A stretch of DNA of 64,000 nt from a bacterium (GCA_021781555.1 JAJXWQ010000005.1:4333-68332); one strand, 5' to 3'; shown: positions 21,732 through 32,034, counted from the stretch's first letter. Notes: generated by a model not told the origin, from the sequence alone. Numbers and translations are program-made.

Positions 21732-23537
21732 TCAGCTGCCGGTGGCGCCACTTCCCGCCGAACCCCGGCCGAGAAAACGCCCGCCGCCCAGGAACTTTCG
21801 CGCCAAAGACGGCAGGAATTCGGACGCCCCGGGGAGCAACGCGTTGACCGTGACATGGCCTGCGGGCGCGGACGCGTGGAGCAGCTCGCCGCGGCCCAGG
21901 TACAGCCCTACGTGGCCGGGAAAGAACGCCAGGTCCCCAGGCTCCAGGTCCAGGATCGTGGCGACGAGGCCACGCTGGCGGGCAAGGGCGAGCTGCTGGT
22001 CGGAATCCCGCGGCAATCGCACGCCGACCAGGCCCAAGACGAGCTGGGTCAGTCCACTGCAGTCGATCCCCCAGCCCGAGGTCCCGCCCCAGAGGTAAGG
22101 CACGCCGAGGAAGCGTCGCGCCAGTTGCAGGACCCCGGCGACGTCCGCAGCGTCAGGGAGTCCGCCGCGGCCCTGGCTGCCGCGCACCTGACACGAATCT
22201 TCGGGCAAGATGACCTCTTCGTGACCGGGCGTCCGCCCCACTTGCCCGTCCGGGTGCCGGCCGACCAGGGCAAGCCGCGTCCCGGCGGAAAGCCCGAGGG
22301 TGCCGCCCGTCGGCCTCCGGGCCCAGAGCAGCGGGGCCGTCACGAGCAGCTGGTCGCGCTCGGCCCAGCGGCGGGCATCGGCGTCCTCGAGCGCCTGCAG
22401 GTTGGCGCTGCGCGCCCACGCCACGGTGCCGTCAGGTGCGCGGACCAGCCACCAGTCCTCCCGGGTCTCCAGGACTTCGAGCAACGAACCCATCAGCACC
22501 TGGCTCACCATCTCGGCCGCGTGCGCGGGCGACCTCCGCAGGTGGACGACGGGGGCGAGGACGATGGCCGGGGCGCGGCTGGCGGGGAGCTTGCGCACGC
22601 GGTCCGTGACGGGGACCTCCGGGACGGCGCCCAGCCGCTCGGTTACCCGGTCCCAGCTCGGAGCCGAGGTACTTCCGGTCACCTCGAGTCCCCCGTCCTT
22701 CCACTCCACGTCGATGTCCCAGGCGACCAGGCGCGGATCGGGAGCCTGCAGCTTGCGCTCTTCTTCCAGGATTTCGCGGACGCGGATCTCGCCCTCGCCG
22801 GCGCCCGAGTAGAAGGCGTCGATCGCCGCGCTGGCCTTGGCCAAGATCGAGGTCCTGGCACGGCCCTGCGCCAGCACCACCGTCAGCTGGCCGGCCGACA
22901 CCACCGCCAGGTGGCAAAAGTCCGGGCCGATCGCCAGGATCTGCGCGGGATCGTCGCGACGGACGATCCGGGCGGGCAGGGCGCCCGATCGAGAAAGCCG
23001 CAGGTATGCGAGGATCTCGAGGGCGTGGGCGGGGTCCAGGTCCTCGGAACCGACGAGCTTCTCGAGCAGCGTCGCCATCTCCTTGGGAGTGGTGAAGCTG
23101 CGGTCTTGAGCACCGAGGGGACTCTTGACGACCGTCCGGGTCAAACCCCAGCGCGCCAGAGCCGAGGAGACGAAGCCGGGGCCGATCAGCTCCAGGATCG
23201 CACCGGCCGTGGATTCACCACCTGCCAACAGGCCGCCCACGTCGGCGGTCGCCGCCTGCGTGCCCGACGGCGCCGTCAGGAGTGCGAAGAGCAGGTCCCG
23301 CAGGGTGGTAGTGCCGGCCGCTCCGGCCGGGCGGGTCAGGCTCGTGCGCCCCTCTTCCACCGCCTGGTAGGCAGCCATGGCCAGGGGCAGGCGGATCAGA
23401 TCGCCGGCTGCGAACCGGTGATCGTTGTGTTCCCAGGCCGCGCCGGTGACGCGGTGACGATACGCGAGACCGATCTCCACCCTGGGGCTCCCGAGCAGCG
23501 GCCCGAGCTTCAGCGCAAGTTGGAAAGGGAGTTCCAC
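21732..23537 (-). CDS. Multidomain cell-wall hydrolase: serine-hydrolase/beta-lactamase-like N-domain, SH3-like middle, C-terminal NlpC/P60 (C40) peptidase
   Basis: C-terminal C40 motifs (YLWGGTSGWGIDCSGLTQLV ... GDLAFFPGHVGLYLG); 601 aa. Confidence 0.75.
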   Translation of the reverse strand: MELPFQLALKLGPLLGSPRVEIGLAYRHRVTGAAWEHNDHRFAAGDLIRLPLAMAAYQAVEEGRTSLTRPAGAAGTTTLRDLLFALLTAPSGTQAATADVGGLLAGGESTAGAILELIGPGFVSSALARWGLTRTVVKSPLGAQDRSFTTPKEMATLLEKLVGSEDLDPAHALEILAYLRLSRSGALPARIVRRDDPAQILAIGPDFCHLAVVSAGQLTVVLAQGRARTSILAKASAAIDAFYSGAGEGEIRVREILEEERKLQAPDPRLVAWDIDVEWKDGGLEVTGSTSAPSWDRVTERLGAVPEVPVTDRVRKLPASRAPAIVLAPVVHLRRSPAHAAEMVSQVLMGSLLEVLETREDWWLVRAPDGTVAWARSANLQALEDADARRWAERDQLLVTAPLLWARRPTGGTLGLSAGTRLALVGRHPDGQVGRTPGHEEVILPEDSCQVRGSQGRGGLPDAADVAGVLQLARRFLGVPYLWGGTSGWGIDCSGLTQLVLGLVGVRLPRDSDQQLALARQRGLVATILDLEPGDLAFFPGHVGLYLGRGELLHASAPAGHVTVNALLPGASEFLPSLARKFLGGGRFLGRGSAGSGATGS

Positions 23538-23631
23538 GGTTCCTTCAACCCCCGGGCCCCGGCCTCACCCTGCGACGAGCACCGGCACACGTTTCATGGC
23601 AAGCTAGAAGAGTGTCCCCAGAATTCGATCT

Positions 23632-24624
23632 TTGCTGAAGGGTCCATTCTTGACGATCGCCCGATCCTATCACGAGCGCGCAGAGGCCTTGCACCGGCGC
23701 GTCCCGCTCGTCGATGCGCACGCCGATACGCTCGACCGCTGCCTCGACGAGGGCGTGCCCTTCGGAGGCGAGGCCCCGGCGCTGCACATCGATTTGCCGC
23801 GCCTGCGCCAGGCCGGCGTCAACCTGCAGATCCTGTCGCTGTGGGTGCCCCCGGATCACAAGGGCGGTCGAGCCATGCAGCGTGCCCTCAAGATGGCCGC
23901 GGTCTTCCACGCTGCGGCTCGCAAGGAACCTGACGCCCGCCTGGTGACGAGCGTGTACGAGGTGGCGGCCGACAGGCCGGGCTTCTGCCTGTCCTTCGAA
24001 GGCGCCGAGCCCCTGGCCGACGATCCGACCCTGCTGGAGGCCTTCTACCAGCTGGGGGTCCGCCTGATCGCCCTGACGTGGAACGGGCGCAACGGATTCG
24101 CCGATGGCCTGACCGTGGCCGACCGGCCCGGCGGCATCACCCACCTCGGTGCCGAGCTGCTGGCCAGGATGGGCGAACTCGGCATCGTGCTCGACCTGGC
24201 GCACATCGCCGAGGCCGGGTTCTGGCACGCGCTCGAGCTCACGACGGGACCGGTGGTGGTCAGCCACGCCAACGCCAGGGCGCTGTGCGATCATCCGCGC
24301 AACATGACCGACGAGCAGCTCCGGGCGATCGCCGCTCGCGGAGGAGTCGTGGGCGCGTGCTTCGCCCGCTCCTTCCTCGGGCCGGAGCCGTCGATCGACG
24401 ACGTCGTCCGGCATATCATGCACATGATCGAGGTCGCGGGGCTCGATCATGTGGGCCTGGGCGGAGACTTCGACGGCGTGACCGCCCTGCCCGACGGTCT
24501 CGGCGGCGTGCAGGATCTGCCCGCCCTGACGGCCGGTTTGCTGGAGCAAGGCCTGGCCGAACCCGACGCCGCCAAGGTCCTGGGTGGCAACTGGCTGCGC
24601 GTGTTCGGCCAGGTATGGAAGTGA
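23632..24624 (+). CDS. Membrane dipeptidase (peptidase family M19)
   Basis: M19 motifs (VDAHADTL, LTWNGRN, VSHANARAL, GLGGDFDG); possible TTG start. Confidence 0.8.
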   Translation: MLKGPFLTIARSYHERAEALHRRVPLVDAHADTLDRCLDEGVPFGGEAPALHIDLPRLRQAGVNLQILSLWVPPDHKGGRAMQRALKMAAVFHAAARKEPDARLVTSVYEVAADRPGFCLSFEGAEPLADDPTLLEAFYQLGVRLIALTWNGRNGFADGLTVADRPGGITHLGAELLARMGELGIVLDLAHIAEAGFWHALELTTGPVVVSHANARALCDHPRNMTDEQLRAIAARGGVVGACFARSFLGPEPSIDDVVRHIMHMIEVAGLDHVGLGGDFDGVTALPDGLGGVQDLPALTAGLLEQGLAEPDAAKVLGGNWLRVFGQVWK

Positions 24625-24739
24625 CACGGCCCGCCGGATGCCGGATTCTACGCGAAGGCAGCCGCGCCGGGCACGGTCGAGATTTCTTGCTAGAATGACG
24701 CCGGACGGCCTCCCGGTCTGTCCATAGGAAACGACGCTG

Positions 24740-25786
24740 ATGTCTTTGAGTTCTTCTTTGGCCCTGGGTGCGCGGGAGCTATCCCGACTCGATCCGCAAG
24801 ACATGCTCGGCTGCGTGCGGCGCATGCCCGAGGTCGCAAGTCTTGCGTTCGAGCGCGGGACCGCCTGGCAGCCTCCGGTCCCCAGCCCGCGCCAGATCTT
24901 GATCTGCGGGATGGGCGGTTCGGCGATCAGCGGCGACCTCGCCCGGACGCTGCTGCAGGGCCGCTGGTCCGTGCCCATCTCGGTGGCCCGGCAGCCGCAG
25001 TTGCCAGCCTGGGCAGACGACCGGACGCTGTGCCTGTTCCTGTCGTACTCGGGCAATACGGCCGAGACCCTGGCCGCCTTCGGCGAGGCCACCGCGCGCG
25101 GCATCCCGACAGCGGCCATCGCCAGCGGTGGCCAGCTTGCCGACCGCTGTGGCCAGAGGGCGATCCCCGTCCTGCCGGTCGAATCCGGCTGGCAGCCGCG
25201 TGCCGCCCTGGGCCACCTGTACTTCACCCTGCTCGGGATGCTGGCGGCGCTCGGGGCGCCGGTCGAACCTGCGGCGGCGATCTCCCGCCTGGCTGAGCTT
25301 GCCGTCGAGTACGCGCCCGACCGCGCCGACAGCGACGCCATCAACCTGGCCCGGCGCCTGCACGCCTTGCCGGCGGCCCCGCTCATAGCAGGCGTCAGCC
25401 CCTCGACCGAGGCGGTGGCCCTCAGGTGGAAGGGCCAGCTCAACGAAAATGCCAAGACCACGGCGCTCTTCGGCGTCTTTCCCGAACTCACCCACAACGA
25501 GATCGTCAACCTCGTCGCCTCCGGCGAGGAGCGCGCGGTCGTCGTCCTGCGCGATGCCGAGGATCCGCCCCTGCTGGTGCGCCAGATCGGCCAGACCCTG
25601 GGGCTGCTCCGGGAGGAGAGGGTGAGCGATCCCGTCGAGATCGTGGCCTCGGCGAGCGATCCGCTGGCCCGGCAGATGGAGCTGGTCTCGCTGGGCGACC
25701 ACGTCAGCGTCTACCTCGCCCTGCTCAAGGGCCTCGATCCGACGCCGGTCGCACCCATCGTCGCCTTGAAGGCGAGGATGGCCTGA
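24740..25786 (+). CDS. Bifunctional phosphoglucose/phosphomannose isomerase (SIS domain, archaeal type)
   Basis: SIS motif ICGMGGSAISGDL and LFLSYSGNTAET; about 348 aa; sits ahead of manC/manB. Confidence 0.8.
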   Translation: MSLSSSLALGARELSRLDPQDMLGCVRRMPEVASLAFERGTAWQPPVPSPRQILICGMGGSAISGDLARTLLQGRWSVPISVARQPQLPAWADDRTLCLFLSYSGNTAETLAAFGEATARGIPTAAIASGGQLADRCGQRAIPVLPVESGWQPRAALGHLYFTLLGMLAALGAPVEPAAAISRLAELAVEYAPDRADSDAINLARRLHALPAAPLIAGVSPSTEAVALRWKGQLNENAKTTALFGVFPELTHNEIVNLVASGEERAVVVLRDAEDPPLLVRQIGQTLGLLREERVSDPVEIVASASDPLARQMELVSLGDHVSVYLALLKGLDPTPVAPIVALKARMA

Positions 25787-25798
25787 GGAGAGGGTCCG

Positions 25799-26881
25799 GT
25801 GAAAGCCATCCTGGTCGCCGGGGGTGAGGGCACGAGGCTACGCCCCCTCACCTACCACACGCCCAAGCCCCTGTTGCCGCTCTGCGATCGGCCGATCATC
25901 GTCTACCAGATCGAGCTGTGTCGAAAGCATGGCATCCGCGACATCGTGATCAACCTCCACTACCTCGCCGACAGCCTCGAGACCTATCTGGGCGACGGCT
26001 CGCAGCTCGGCGTGCGCATTTCGTACAGCCACGAGCGCGACGCCCTCGGGACCGCCGGTGCGGTCAAGCTCGCCGAACCCTTCTTCGACGGGGAGTCCAT
26101 GATCGTCTTCAACGGAGACGTCCTGACGGACCTCGACCTGTCCCGGCTGCTCGCCTTGCACCGGGAACGGCGTGCCGTGGCCACCCTGACGACTACCGAG
26201 GTCCATGATCCGACCCCTTTCGGCCTCATCGTCTCGGACGCCAGCGGCCGGATCGATCGCTTCCTCGAGAAGCCATCCCGCGAAGAAGCCCTGCGCTTCG
26301 GCGATCGCTTCTTCATCAACGCCGGGACCTACGTGCTCGAACCCGAAATCTTTGCCACCGTCCCCACCGGCACCAACTGGTCCTTCGAGCGACAGGTCTT
26401 CCCGGGCCTGCTGGCCGCCGGCAAGCCGCTTTTTGCCTTCCACGGCAAGGCCTACTGGCGCGACGTCGGCTCTCCCCCGAGTTACCTGGCAGCCCACCGG
26501 GATCTGCTGGCGGGCAAGCTGGCACGACCCGAGCGCTGGATCGCCGCGGGCCCGGGGCCCCGCGCGTTCCTCGGGGGGCCGGCGGAGCTTCCGCCCGACC
26601 TCGAGATCTCGGGGGGGCCGTGCTTTGTCGGCCAGGGCGTTCGCTTCGGGCGCGGCGTCCGTCTCGAGGACCATGCCGTCCTCGCCGACGGGTCCGAGAT
26701 CGGCGACGGCGCTCTCGTGCGCGGGGCGATCGTGGGAGCGGGCGCCTCGATCGGGGCGGGTTCGGAGATCGTGGGGGGAATCGTGGGTCCGCGCTGCCGG
26801 GTCGAGTCCGACGTCAAGATCATGGGCGCGGCCGTCCTGGCGGACGGGAGCGTGATAGGGAAAGGCTCGGTCCTCGGGTGA
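25799..26881 (+). CDS. manC: Mannose-1-phosphate guanylyltransferase-like NDP-sugar pyrophosphorylase
   Basis: N-terminal G(G/A)xGTRLxPLT motif (LVAGGEGTRLRPLTYHTPKPLLPL); C-terminal left-handed beta-helix hexapeptide repeats; GTG start with RBS. Confidence 0.85.
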   Translation: MKAILVAGGEGTRLRPLTYHTPKPLLPLCDRPIIVYQIELCRKHGIRDIVINLHYLADSLETYLGDGSQLGVRISYSHERDALGTAGAVKLAEPFFDGESMIVFNGDVLTDLDLSRLLALHRERRAVATLTTTEVHDPTPFGLIVSDASGRIDRFLEKPSREEALRFGDRFFINAGTYVLEPEIFATVPTGTNWSFERQVFPGLLAAGKPLFAFHGKAYWRDVGSPPSYLAAHRDLLAGKLARPERWIAAGPGPRAFLGGPAELPPDLEISGGPCFVGQGVRFGRGVRLEDHAVLADGSEIGDGALVRGAIVGAGASIGAGSEIVGGIVGPRCRVESDVKIMGAAVLADGSVIGKGSVLG

Positions 26882-28383
26882 ACCAGTCCGACAAGCTCAA
26901 GTTCGGCACGGACGGCTGGCGTGCCGTCATCGGCGATCAGTTCACCTTCCCCAACGTCGCACGGATGGCCCAGGCGGCCAGCGAGGCGCTGATCGCCCGG
27001 GGAGCCACCGGCCCCCTGATCGTCGGCTACGATCACCGCTTCCTCTCCGATCGCTTCGCCGAATTGGCGGCCCGGGTGGCCGCGGCAAACGGCCTGTCCG
27101 TGCGCCTGGCCGAGGGTCCTGCCACGACGCCGTGCATTTCCTGGGCCGTCCGGGAGCAGGAGTCCGCCGGGGCGTTCATCCTCACGGCCAGCCATAATCC
27201 GTACGAGTACAACGGCTTCAAGATCAAGGAACCGCACGGTGGTTCGGCATCGGTGGAACTCACGGCCGACATCGAGCGCAGGCTGGGACCCCTGGACGCC
27301 GTCAAGGAAACCGGTGGGTCCGAGATCGCACGCTTCGATCCCAAGCCCGCCTATTTCGAGCAACTCGGGCGCTTGGTAGATATCGAGCGTCTCAACGCAG
27401 CACTTTCACCCCGCGGGACTCTCACCTCCGCGCTCAAGTGGCCCGATCTGCTGACGATCGTTGATTCCATCGGCGGGGCCGCCGGGGGATTCTTCTCGCG
27501 TCTCTTCGGCCTGCACCGCCCCCAGACCGATTTCTCAGCCCCGCAGTTCCTGGTCGAGATCCGCAGCTCGCGGGATCCGCTCTTTGGCGGCGTCAATCCC
27601 GAGCCCATCGCGCAGAATCTCGGCGCGCTCTCGGAGGCGGTCCGGCGGGAAGCCTCCCGGTATCCGATGACGATGGGCGTGGCGCTCGATGGTGACGGGG
27701 ATCGCGTCGGAGCGGTCGATTCAGATGGATCCTTCGTCAACTCGCACCAGATCTTCGCGCTCATCCTGCGCCATTTGGTCGAGGGTCGCGGCCTTGCGGG
27801 TGGCGTGGTCAAGACCTTCTCGACCTCCCGCCTCGTCGCGCAGATGACCGAGGCCTATGGCCTGCCGCTGCACGAGGTGCCCATCGGTTTCAAGTACGTC
27901 TGCAACAAGATGCTCACCGACGACATCCTGATCGGTGGCGAGGAGTCGGGCGGCATCGGGATCAAGGGGCACCTTCCCGAGCGCGACGGCATCCTGTGCG
28001 GCCTGCTGCTCATGGAACTCGTCGTCCAGCGAGGCAAATCCCTGGGGGCTCAGATCGCCGAGCTATCGGAACGCTTCGGCCCGCACGCCTACGATCGGGT
28101 CGACCTCCACCTGCGGCGGGTCGAGGACGGCAAAGAGGTGGTCGAGAGCATCAAGCGTTCCGCGCCCGCATCCGTAGCGGGCCAGCACGTGGCCGAGGTC
28201 CAGACCCTCGACGGCGCCAAGATGGTATTCGACGATGGCTCCTGGCTGCTCCTGCGTGCCAGCGGCACCGAGCCGGTCTTGCGGGTATACGCCGAAGCCC
28301 CGGATGCAGCTCAGGTCGCTCGCCTGCTCGCTTTTGGCCAGGAACGCGCACAGGTCACGGCTGGACCGGGCCGGCAGGCGTAG
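26878..28383 (+). CDS. manB: Phosphomannomutase/phosphoglucomutase (alpha-D-phosphohexomutase)
   Basis: Active-site TASHNP; metal loop DGDGDR; sugar loop GGEESGG; GTG start overlaps the manC stop (GTGA). Confidence 0.9.
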   Translation: MNQSDKLKFGTDGWRAVIGDQFTFPNVARMAQAASEALIARGATGPLIVGYDHRFLSDRFAELAARVAAANGLSVRLAEGPATTPCISWAVREQESAGAFILTASHNPYEYNGFKIKEPHGGSASVELTADIERRLGPLDAVKETGGSEIARFDPKPAYFEQLGRLVDIERLNAALSPRGTLTSALKWPDLLTIVDSIGGAAGGFFSRLFGLHRPQTDFSAPQFLVEIRSSRDPLFGGVNPEPIAQNLGALSEAVRREASRYPMTMGVALDGDGDRVGAVDSDGSFVNSHQIFALILRHLVEGRGLAGGVVKTFSTSRLVAQMTEAYGLPLHEVPIGFKYVCNKMLTDDILIGGEESGGIGIKGHLPERDGILCGLLLMELVVQRGKSLGAQIAELSERFGPHAYDRVDLHLRRVEDGKEVVESIKRSAPASVAGQHVAEVQTLDGAKMVFDDGSWLLLRASGTEPVLRVYAEAPDAAQVARLLAFGQERAQVTAGPGRQA

Positions 28384-28407
28384 CAGCGGATCCACGAGGA
28401 GGTCGAG

Positions 28408-29409
28408 ATGCCCGATCGGATGCGAGTCGCCGTCATTTGCGGCGGCACATCGAGTGAACGCGAGATCTCGCTCAAGAGCGGGCAGGCCATGCTCGGCCAG
28501 CTCGACCCCGGGCGCTTTCTCGCCGAGCTCGTCGACCTGGCCGATATCCTGGCGCGCAGGAAGTGGCCGATCGAGAAGCTGGTCGAAAAGTTCGACGTCG
28601 CCTTCCTGGCCCTCCACGGGCAGGGGGGCGAGGACGGCCGGCTCCAGGGGATGCTCGAGCTCTTCGAGATGCCCTATACCGGCTCGGGGGTGCTGGCCAG
28701 TGCCCTGGCGATGGACAAGAGCATGGCCAAGAAGGTCTACCGCGATGCCGGACTTCCGGTGGCGCGAGAGGTCGTGTTCAGCGCGGTCGAAGCCGCAGCC
28801 GTCGCGAGCACGGAGGCTGCCGATCGGGTGATGGCGGAGCTGGGCTATCCGGTCGTCGTCAAGGCCGACAGCCAGGGCTCGACCCGCGGGGTGCAGCTCG
28901 TACGGGACCGAGCCGCGTTCGAGTCGGCCTGGGGCGATGCGCTGTCGTTCCGCGGAGGCATCCTGATCGAGGAGTTCGTCAAGGGCCGCGAGTTCACCGT
29001 CCCGGTCCTGGGCGGTTCCGAACCCCAGGCTTTTCCGGTGATCGAGATCGTCCCGAAGGCCGCCGAGTTCTTCACCTACGAGGCCAAGTACAGCCCGGGC
29101 GGCTCCGAGGAGATCGTGCCGGCTCGCATCGATGCGCCGAGCGCCCGGGCGCTCGCCGACCTGGGCCTGCGCGCCCACCTGGCGCTGGGCTGCTGGGGGG
29201 TCTCGCGGACGGATATCTTCATCCGGGAGGACGGCCAGCCGAGCCTCATCGAGACCAATACCTTGCCGGGAATGACCGCGGCGAGCCTGCTTCCCAAGGC
29301 CGTGCTCGCCGCGGGATGGACGCTTCCGCAGCTGGCCGCCAGCCTCATCGACTGGGCTCTCGAGCGGGCGGCCCTTGCCGCCCGGCCGGAGGCTACGCCG
29401 GCATGCTAG
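28408..29409 (+). CDS. ddl: D-alanine--D-alanine ligase
   Basis: ATP-grasp Ddl motifs (VAVICGGTSSEREISLKSG, ALHGQGGEDG, EANTLPGMT). Confidence 0.9.
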   Translation: MPDRMRVAVICGGTSSEREISLKSGQAMLGQLDPGRFLAELVDLADILARRKWPIEKLVEKFDVAFLALHGQGGEDGRLQGMLELFEMPYTGSGVLASALAMDKSMAKKVYRDAGLPVAREVVFSAVEAAAVASTEAADRVMAELGYPVVVKADSQGSTRGVQLVRDRAAFESAWGDALSFRGGILIEEFVKGREFTVPVLGGSEPQAFPVIEIVPKAAEFFTYEAKYSPGGSEEIVPARIDAPSARALADLGLRAHLALGCWGVSRTDIFIREDGQPSLIETNTLPGMTAASLLPKAVLAAGWTLPQLAASLIDWALERAALAARPEATPAC

Positions 29410-29423
29410 GAACTGGATTGCCG

Positions 29424-29927
29424 ATGGCCGTATCGCTCGGGGTGACGGCGGCCGCACTGGCCAGCGTGATCCTGGCGATCGCGGGTTACTGGACGGGCCT
29501 GGCCCTGGTCGCCGCCGAGTTCGGCTCGCTCATGGCGTATCACGTCACCCGAACCGGCGATGTTGCCGGGATCGCCAGCAGCATCGCCTGGGCTGTGATC
29601 CTGGTAGCCGTGGGGTTCGGCCTGGAACCCCTGGCCAAGCGGCTGGGTAGCCACTTCTACCGCATCCCGCAGCAGACGCTGATGTACGCCGCGGTCGCCA
29701 TGCTGGTGGTGATGTTCGTCGCAGGCCTGTCGTGGACCGTTCCGGCGGCTTTTGCCGGGGCCGTCCTCGGTGGGGTCATGAGCGGGACCCGCTTCCGCTC
29801 CGCCCTCACGGACGGGGTCGGGGTGCTCTTGGCGATCTTCGGCCCGCAGGGGATCCGCCTGCTGTGCGCCTGCTCCCTGGCCTCGCTGGTCGTCGCCGTG
29901 GCGCCCCTGGCCCTGCTGGGATCGTAG
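29424..29927 (+). CDS. Small polytopic membrane protein (hypothetical)
   Basis: 167 aa; about 5 hydrophobic helices; GC3 bias. Confidence 0.45.
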   Translation: MAVSLGVTAAALASVILAIAGYWTGLALVAAEFGSLMAYHVTRTGDVAGIASSIAWAVILVAVGFGLEPLAKRLGSHFYRIPQQTLMYAAVAMLVVMFVAGLSWTVPAAFAGAVLGGVMSGTRFRSALTDGVGVLLAIFGPQGIRLLCACSLASLVVAVAPLALLGS

Positions 29928-29971
29928 AGAAGGGGCCCGGAGCGCTCCGGGTCCAGCTGGAGGAAGAACCG

Positions 29972-30430
29972 ATGACCGTCACCGAGCTGATGCGCCAGGA
30001 CGTGCAGGTGGTTCAGCCGGATACACCGGTGGCCGACGTCCTGCGTCTGTGGCAAGAGCGCGGCGATCGGGGGGTCGTGGTGGTCGACGCCCACGAGGTC
30101 GTGGGCATCGTCACCGAGGGCGACCTGGTGGCCCGTCGCACGCCCCTCAAGCCGGTCCGGTACTTCACCATCCTCGACGCGATCATCCCGTTCGGAGAGG
30201 TCGGTTCCACGGGACTCAAGGACCTCAAGCGCCACATCGGAACGCAGGCCGGCGACATCATGAGCCACCCCGTCGTCACCATCCGGGCAGATGCAGACGT
30301 CGCCGAAGCCGCCGAGATCTTCATCGAGCGCCGCATCCGGCATCTGCCCGTGACCGACGAGCGCGGGCGACTGGTCGGAATGCTGTACCGGTCGGACCTG
30401 CTCTCCCACGCCTTCGAGGGCCTGTTGTAG
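29972..30430 (+). CDS. CBS-domain pair protein
   Basis: Two CBS motifs (VVVVDAHEVVGIVTEGDL and HLPVTDERGRLVGMLYRSDLL); RBS ggaggaag. Confidence 0.8.
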   Translation: MTVTELMRQDVQVVQPDTPVADVLRLWQERGDRGVVVVDAHEVVGIVTEGDLVARRTPLKPVRYFTILDAIIPFGEVGSTGLKDLKRHIGTQAGDIMSHPVVTIRADADVAEAAEIFIERRIRHLPVTDERGRLVGMLYRSDLLSHAFEGLL

Positions 30431-30433
30431 CTG

Positions 30434-31459
30434 ATGCGGGCAGGGTCTCGCCGGTCCTGGCCAGCACCGCTACTGGTGCTGGTCACCGAACTGGCTTGGG
30501 CCTCGCCGGTCCTGGCCTTTACTCCCCTGGGCCGCCTCGATCCCCCGGACATCCCGGCTCCAGGCCACTGGCAACTGGAGACCGATGCCTGGTACACGCC
30601 CTACACCGAGACGCTCGACGGCGTGCCGCAGGCCAAGGATTGCCTGCCCGGGCAGACCAGCGCCGACTGCACGCCGGGTCGTCCGGTGATCTCGCGGCAC
30701 TGGGCGGAGGCGGGTTTCGGCGGCGAGGTCGGACTCGCCCGGGGGGTCGGCCTCACCTTTCGCATCCCGGTCGACGTCGTGATTCAGTACGAGCAGGATC
30801 CGGCAAAGCTCCCTGCGGGTCTGCCGCCCCGGAACGTCGCCGTCGGTGACGTTACCGTGGGCCTGGACCGATCCCTCGTCGACCGGGCGGCCACCCACGT
30901 CAAGGTCCGGCTGGCGGGCAGCGCGGCCCCCATGGGATCGCCGGGCGGCAACTACGTCTACCAGGCCAACGTGCTCGATGCGGCGGGCAACCCGGTGTCC
31001 GACGCCAGCGGCAACCCCGTCACGACCACCGATGTCGTTTTTCCCGATCCCCCGTCTGTCGGGCTCGAGTTCGCGGCTGCGCAGGATCTGCTCGATACGC
31101 TGCGGCTGACGTTCAACGCGGCCGTCACCTATCCGCTCGTCCGGACCGGGCCCGAACCGGTCACCTCGTGGAACGGCACGAGCTACGCGTGGGGCGCGGG
31201 ACTCGGCTGGTGGGCGCTGCCAGGGCTGGGAGCCAACCTCGATCTGCTGGGGGACTGGACCAACCCTGCGCAGCAAGATGACGTGCGCGTTCCGTCGACA
31301 GGCTACGACATCTGGTACCTCTCTCCCGGGCTGGCCTACCAGCTGGACGACGACACCACCCTGGGTGCCAATGCCCTGATCCCCGTCTTTGCGACCGGCT
31401 ACCAGTGGGATTTCATCTATCCGCTCCTTGGCGCCGTGTCGCTCCGCTTCGACCTCTGA
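30434..31459 (+). CDS. Secreted protein, possible outer-membrane beta-barrel channel (MetA/phenol-degradation-like)
   Basis: Signal peptide; alternating hydrophobic C-terminal strand ...VSLRFDL; 341 aa. Confidence 0.45.
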   Translation: MRAGSRRSWPAPLLVLVTELAWASPVLAFTPLGRLDPPDIPAPGHWQLETDAWYTPYTETLDGVPQAKDCLPGQTSADCTPGRPVISRHWAEAGFGGEVGLARGVGLTFRIPVDVVIQYEQDPAKLPAGLPPRNVAVGDVTVGLDRSLVDRAATHVKVRLAGSAAPMGSPGGNYVYQANVLDAAGNPVSDASGNPVTTTDVVFPDPPSVGLEFAAAQDLLDTLRLTFNAAVTYPLVRTGPEPVTSWNGTSYAWGAGLGWWALPGLGANLDLLGDWTNPAQQDDVRVPSTGYDIWYLSPGLAYQLDDDTTLGANALIPVFATGYQWDFIYPLLGAVSLRFDL

Positions 31460-31465
31460 ATCGGG

Positions 31466-31520
31466 CTTGCTTTCGCTGTGCTGCGCAACCGAGCTCCGTT
31501 CGACTCCTCGGACCCGCTCC
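31466..31520 (-). repeat. Partial diverged MITE-like copy
   Basis: gctgtgctgcgcaaccgagctccgttcgactcctcggacccg matches the reverse complement of the consensus core. Confidence 0.6.
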
Positions 31521-31731
31521 CTGCGCGCGGAGAGAACCTCCTTTCAGGAACCAAGAGGCCTGGCGGGGAATCAGATCCTTGGAGCCGAAAACGTCTGCCG
31601 GTTTGGGGCCTTGGCAAGACCCGCACCATCGGGCAAGATCCGAACCCGCACTCGAGATCCACGCGCCGGCGGCAAATCCAGGCCCCGTGGCAACTCGAAC
31701 AGCACGGCACGAACCACGAAAGAGGGCATCG

Positions 31732-32022
31732 ATGACCAGTTCCACCCCGCAGCCCAACCTCTTCAAGGTCGCCAGCAACTCCAACCCCGCGTCGGTCGCA
31801 GGCGCCATCGCGGGCAGCATCCGCGAACGCGGACGTTGCGAACTGCAGGCCATCGGGGCCGGGGCCATCAACCAGGCGGTCAAGGCGATCGCCATCGCCC
31901 GCGGCTACGTCGCACCGTCGGGACTGGATCTCGTGTTCGTTCCGGCTTTCCTCGATCTGTTGGTCGGGGGCGAGGAGCGAACCGCGATCAAGTTCCTCAT
32001 CGAACCCAGGCGCGGCGGTTGA
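31732..32022 (+). CDS. spoVS: Stage V sporulation protein S (SpoVS) family protein
   Basis: 96 aa; from memory strongly resembles Bacillus SpoVS (SNPASVAGAIAGSIRERG...LQAIGAGAINQAVKAIAIARGYVAPSGLDLVFVPAF...GEERTAIKFLIEPR). Confidence 0.85.
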   Translation: MTSSTPQPNLFKVASNSNPASVAGAIAGSIRERGRCELQAIGAGAINQAVKAIAIARGYVAPSGLDLVFVPAFLDLLVGGEERTAIKFLIEPRRGG

Positions 32023-32034
32023 GGCCCCGCTGCC

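Noticed and set aside
26620-26877. An N-terminal 86-aa extension of the phosphomannomutase ORF (start at 26620)
   Set aside because: The extension is Arg/Gly-rich junk that overlaps the manC coding frame. The conserved PMM N-terminus (KFGTDGWR) begins right after the GTG at 26878, which overlaps the manC stop.
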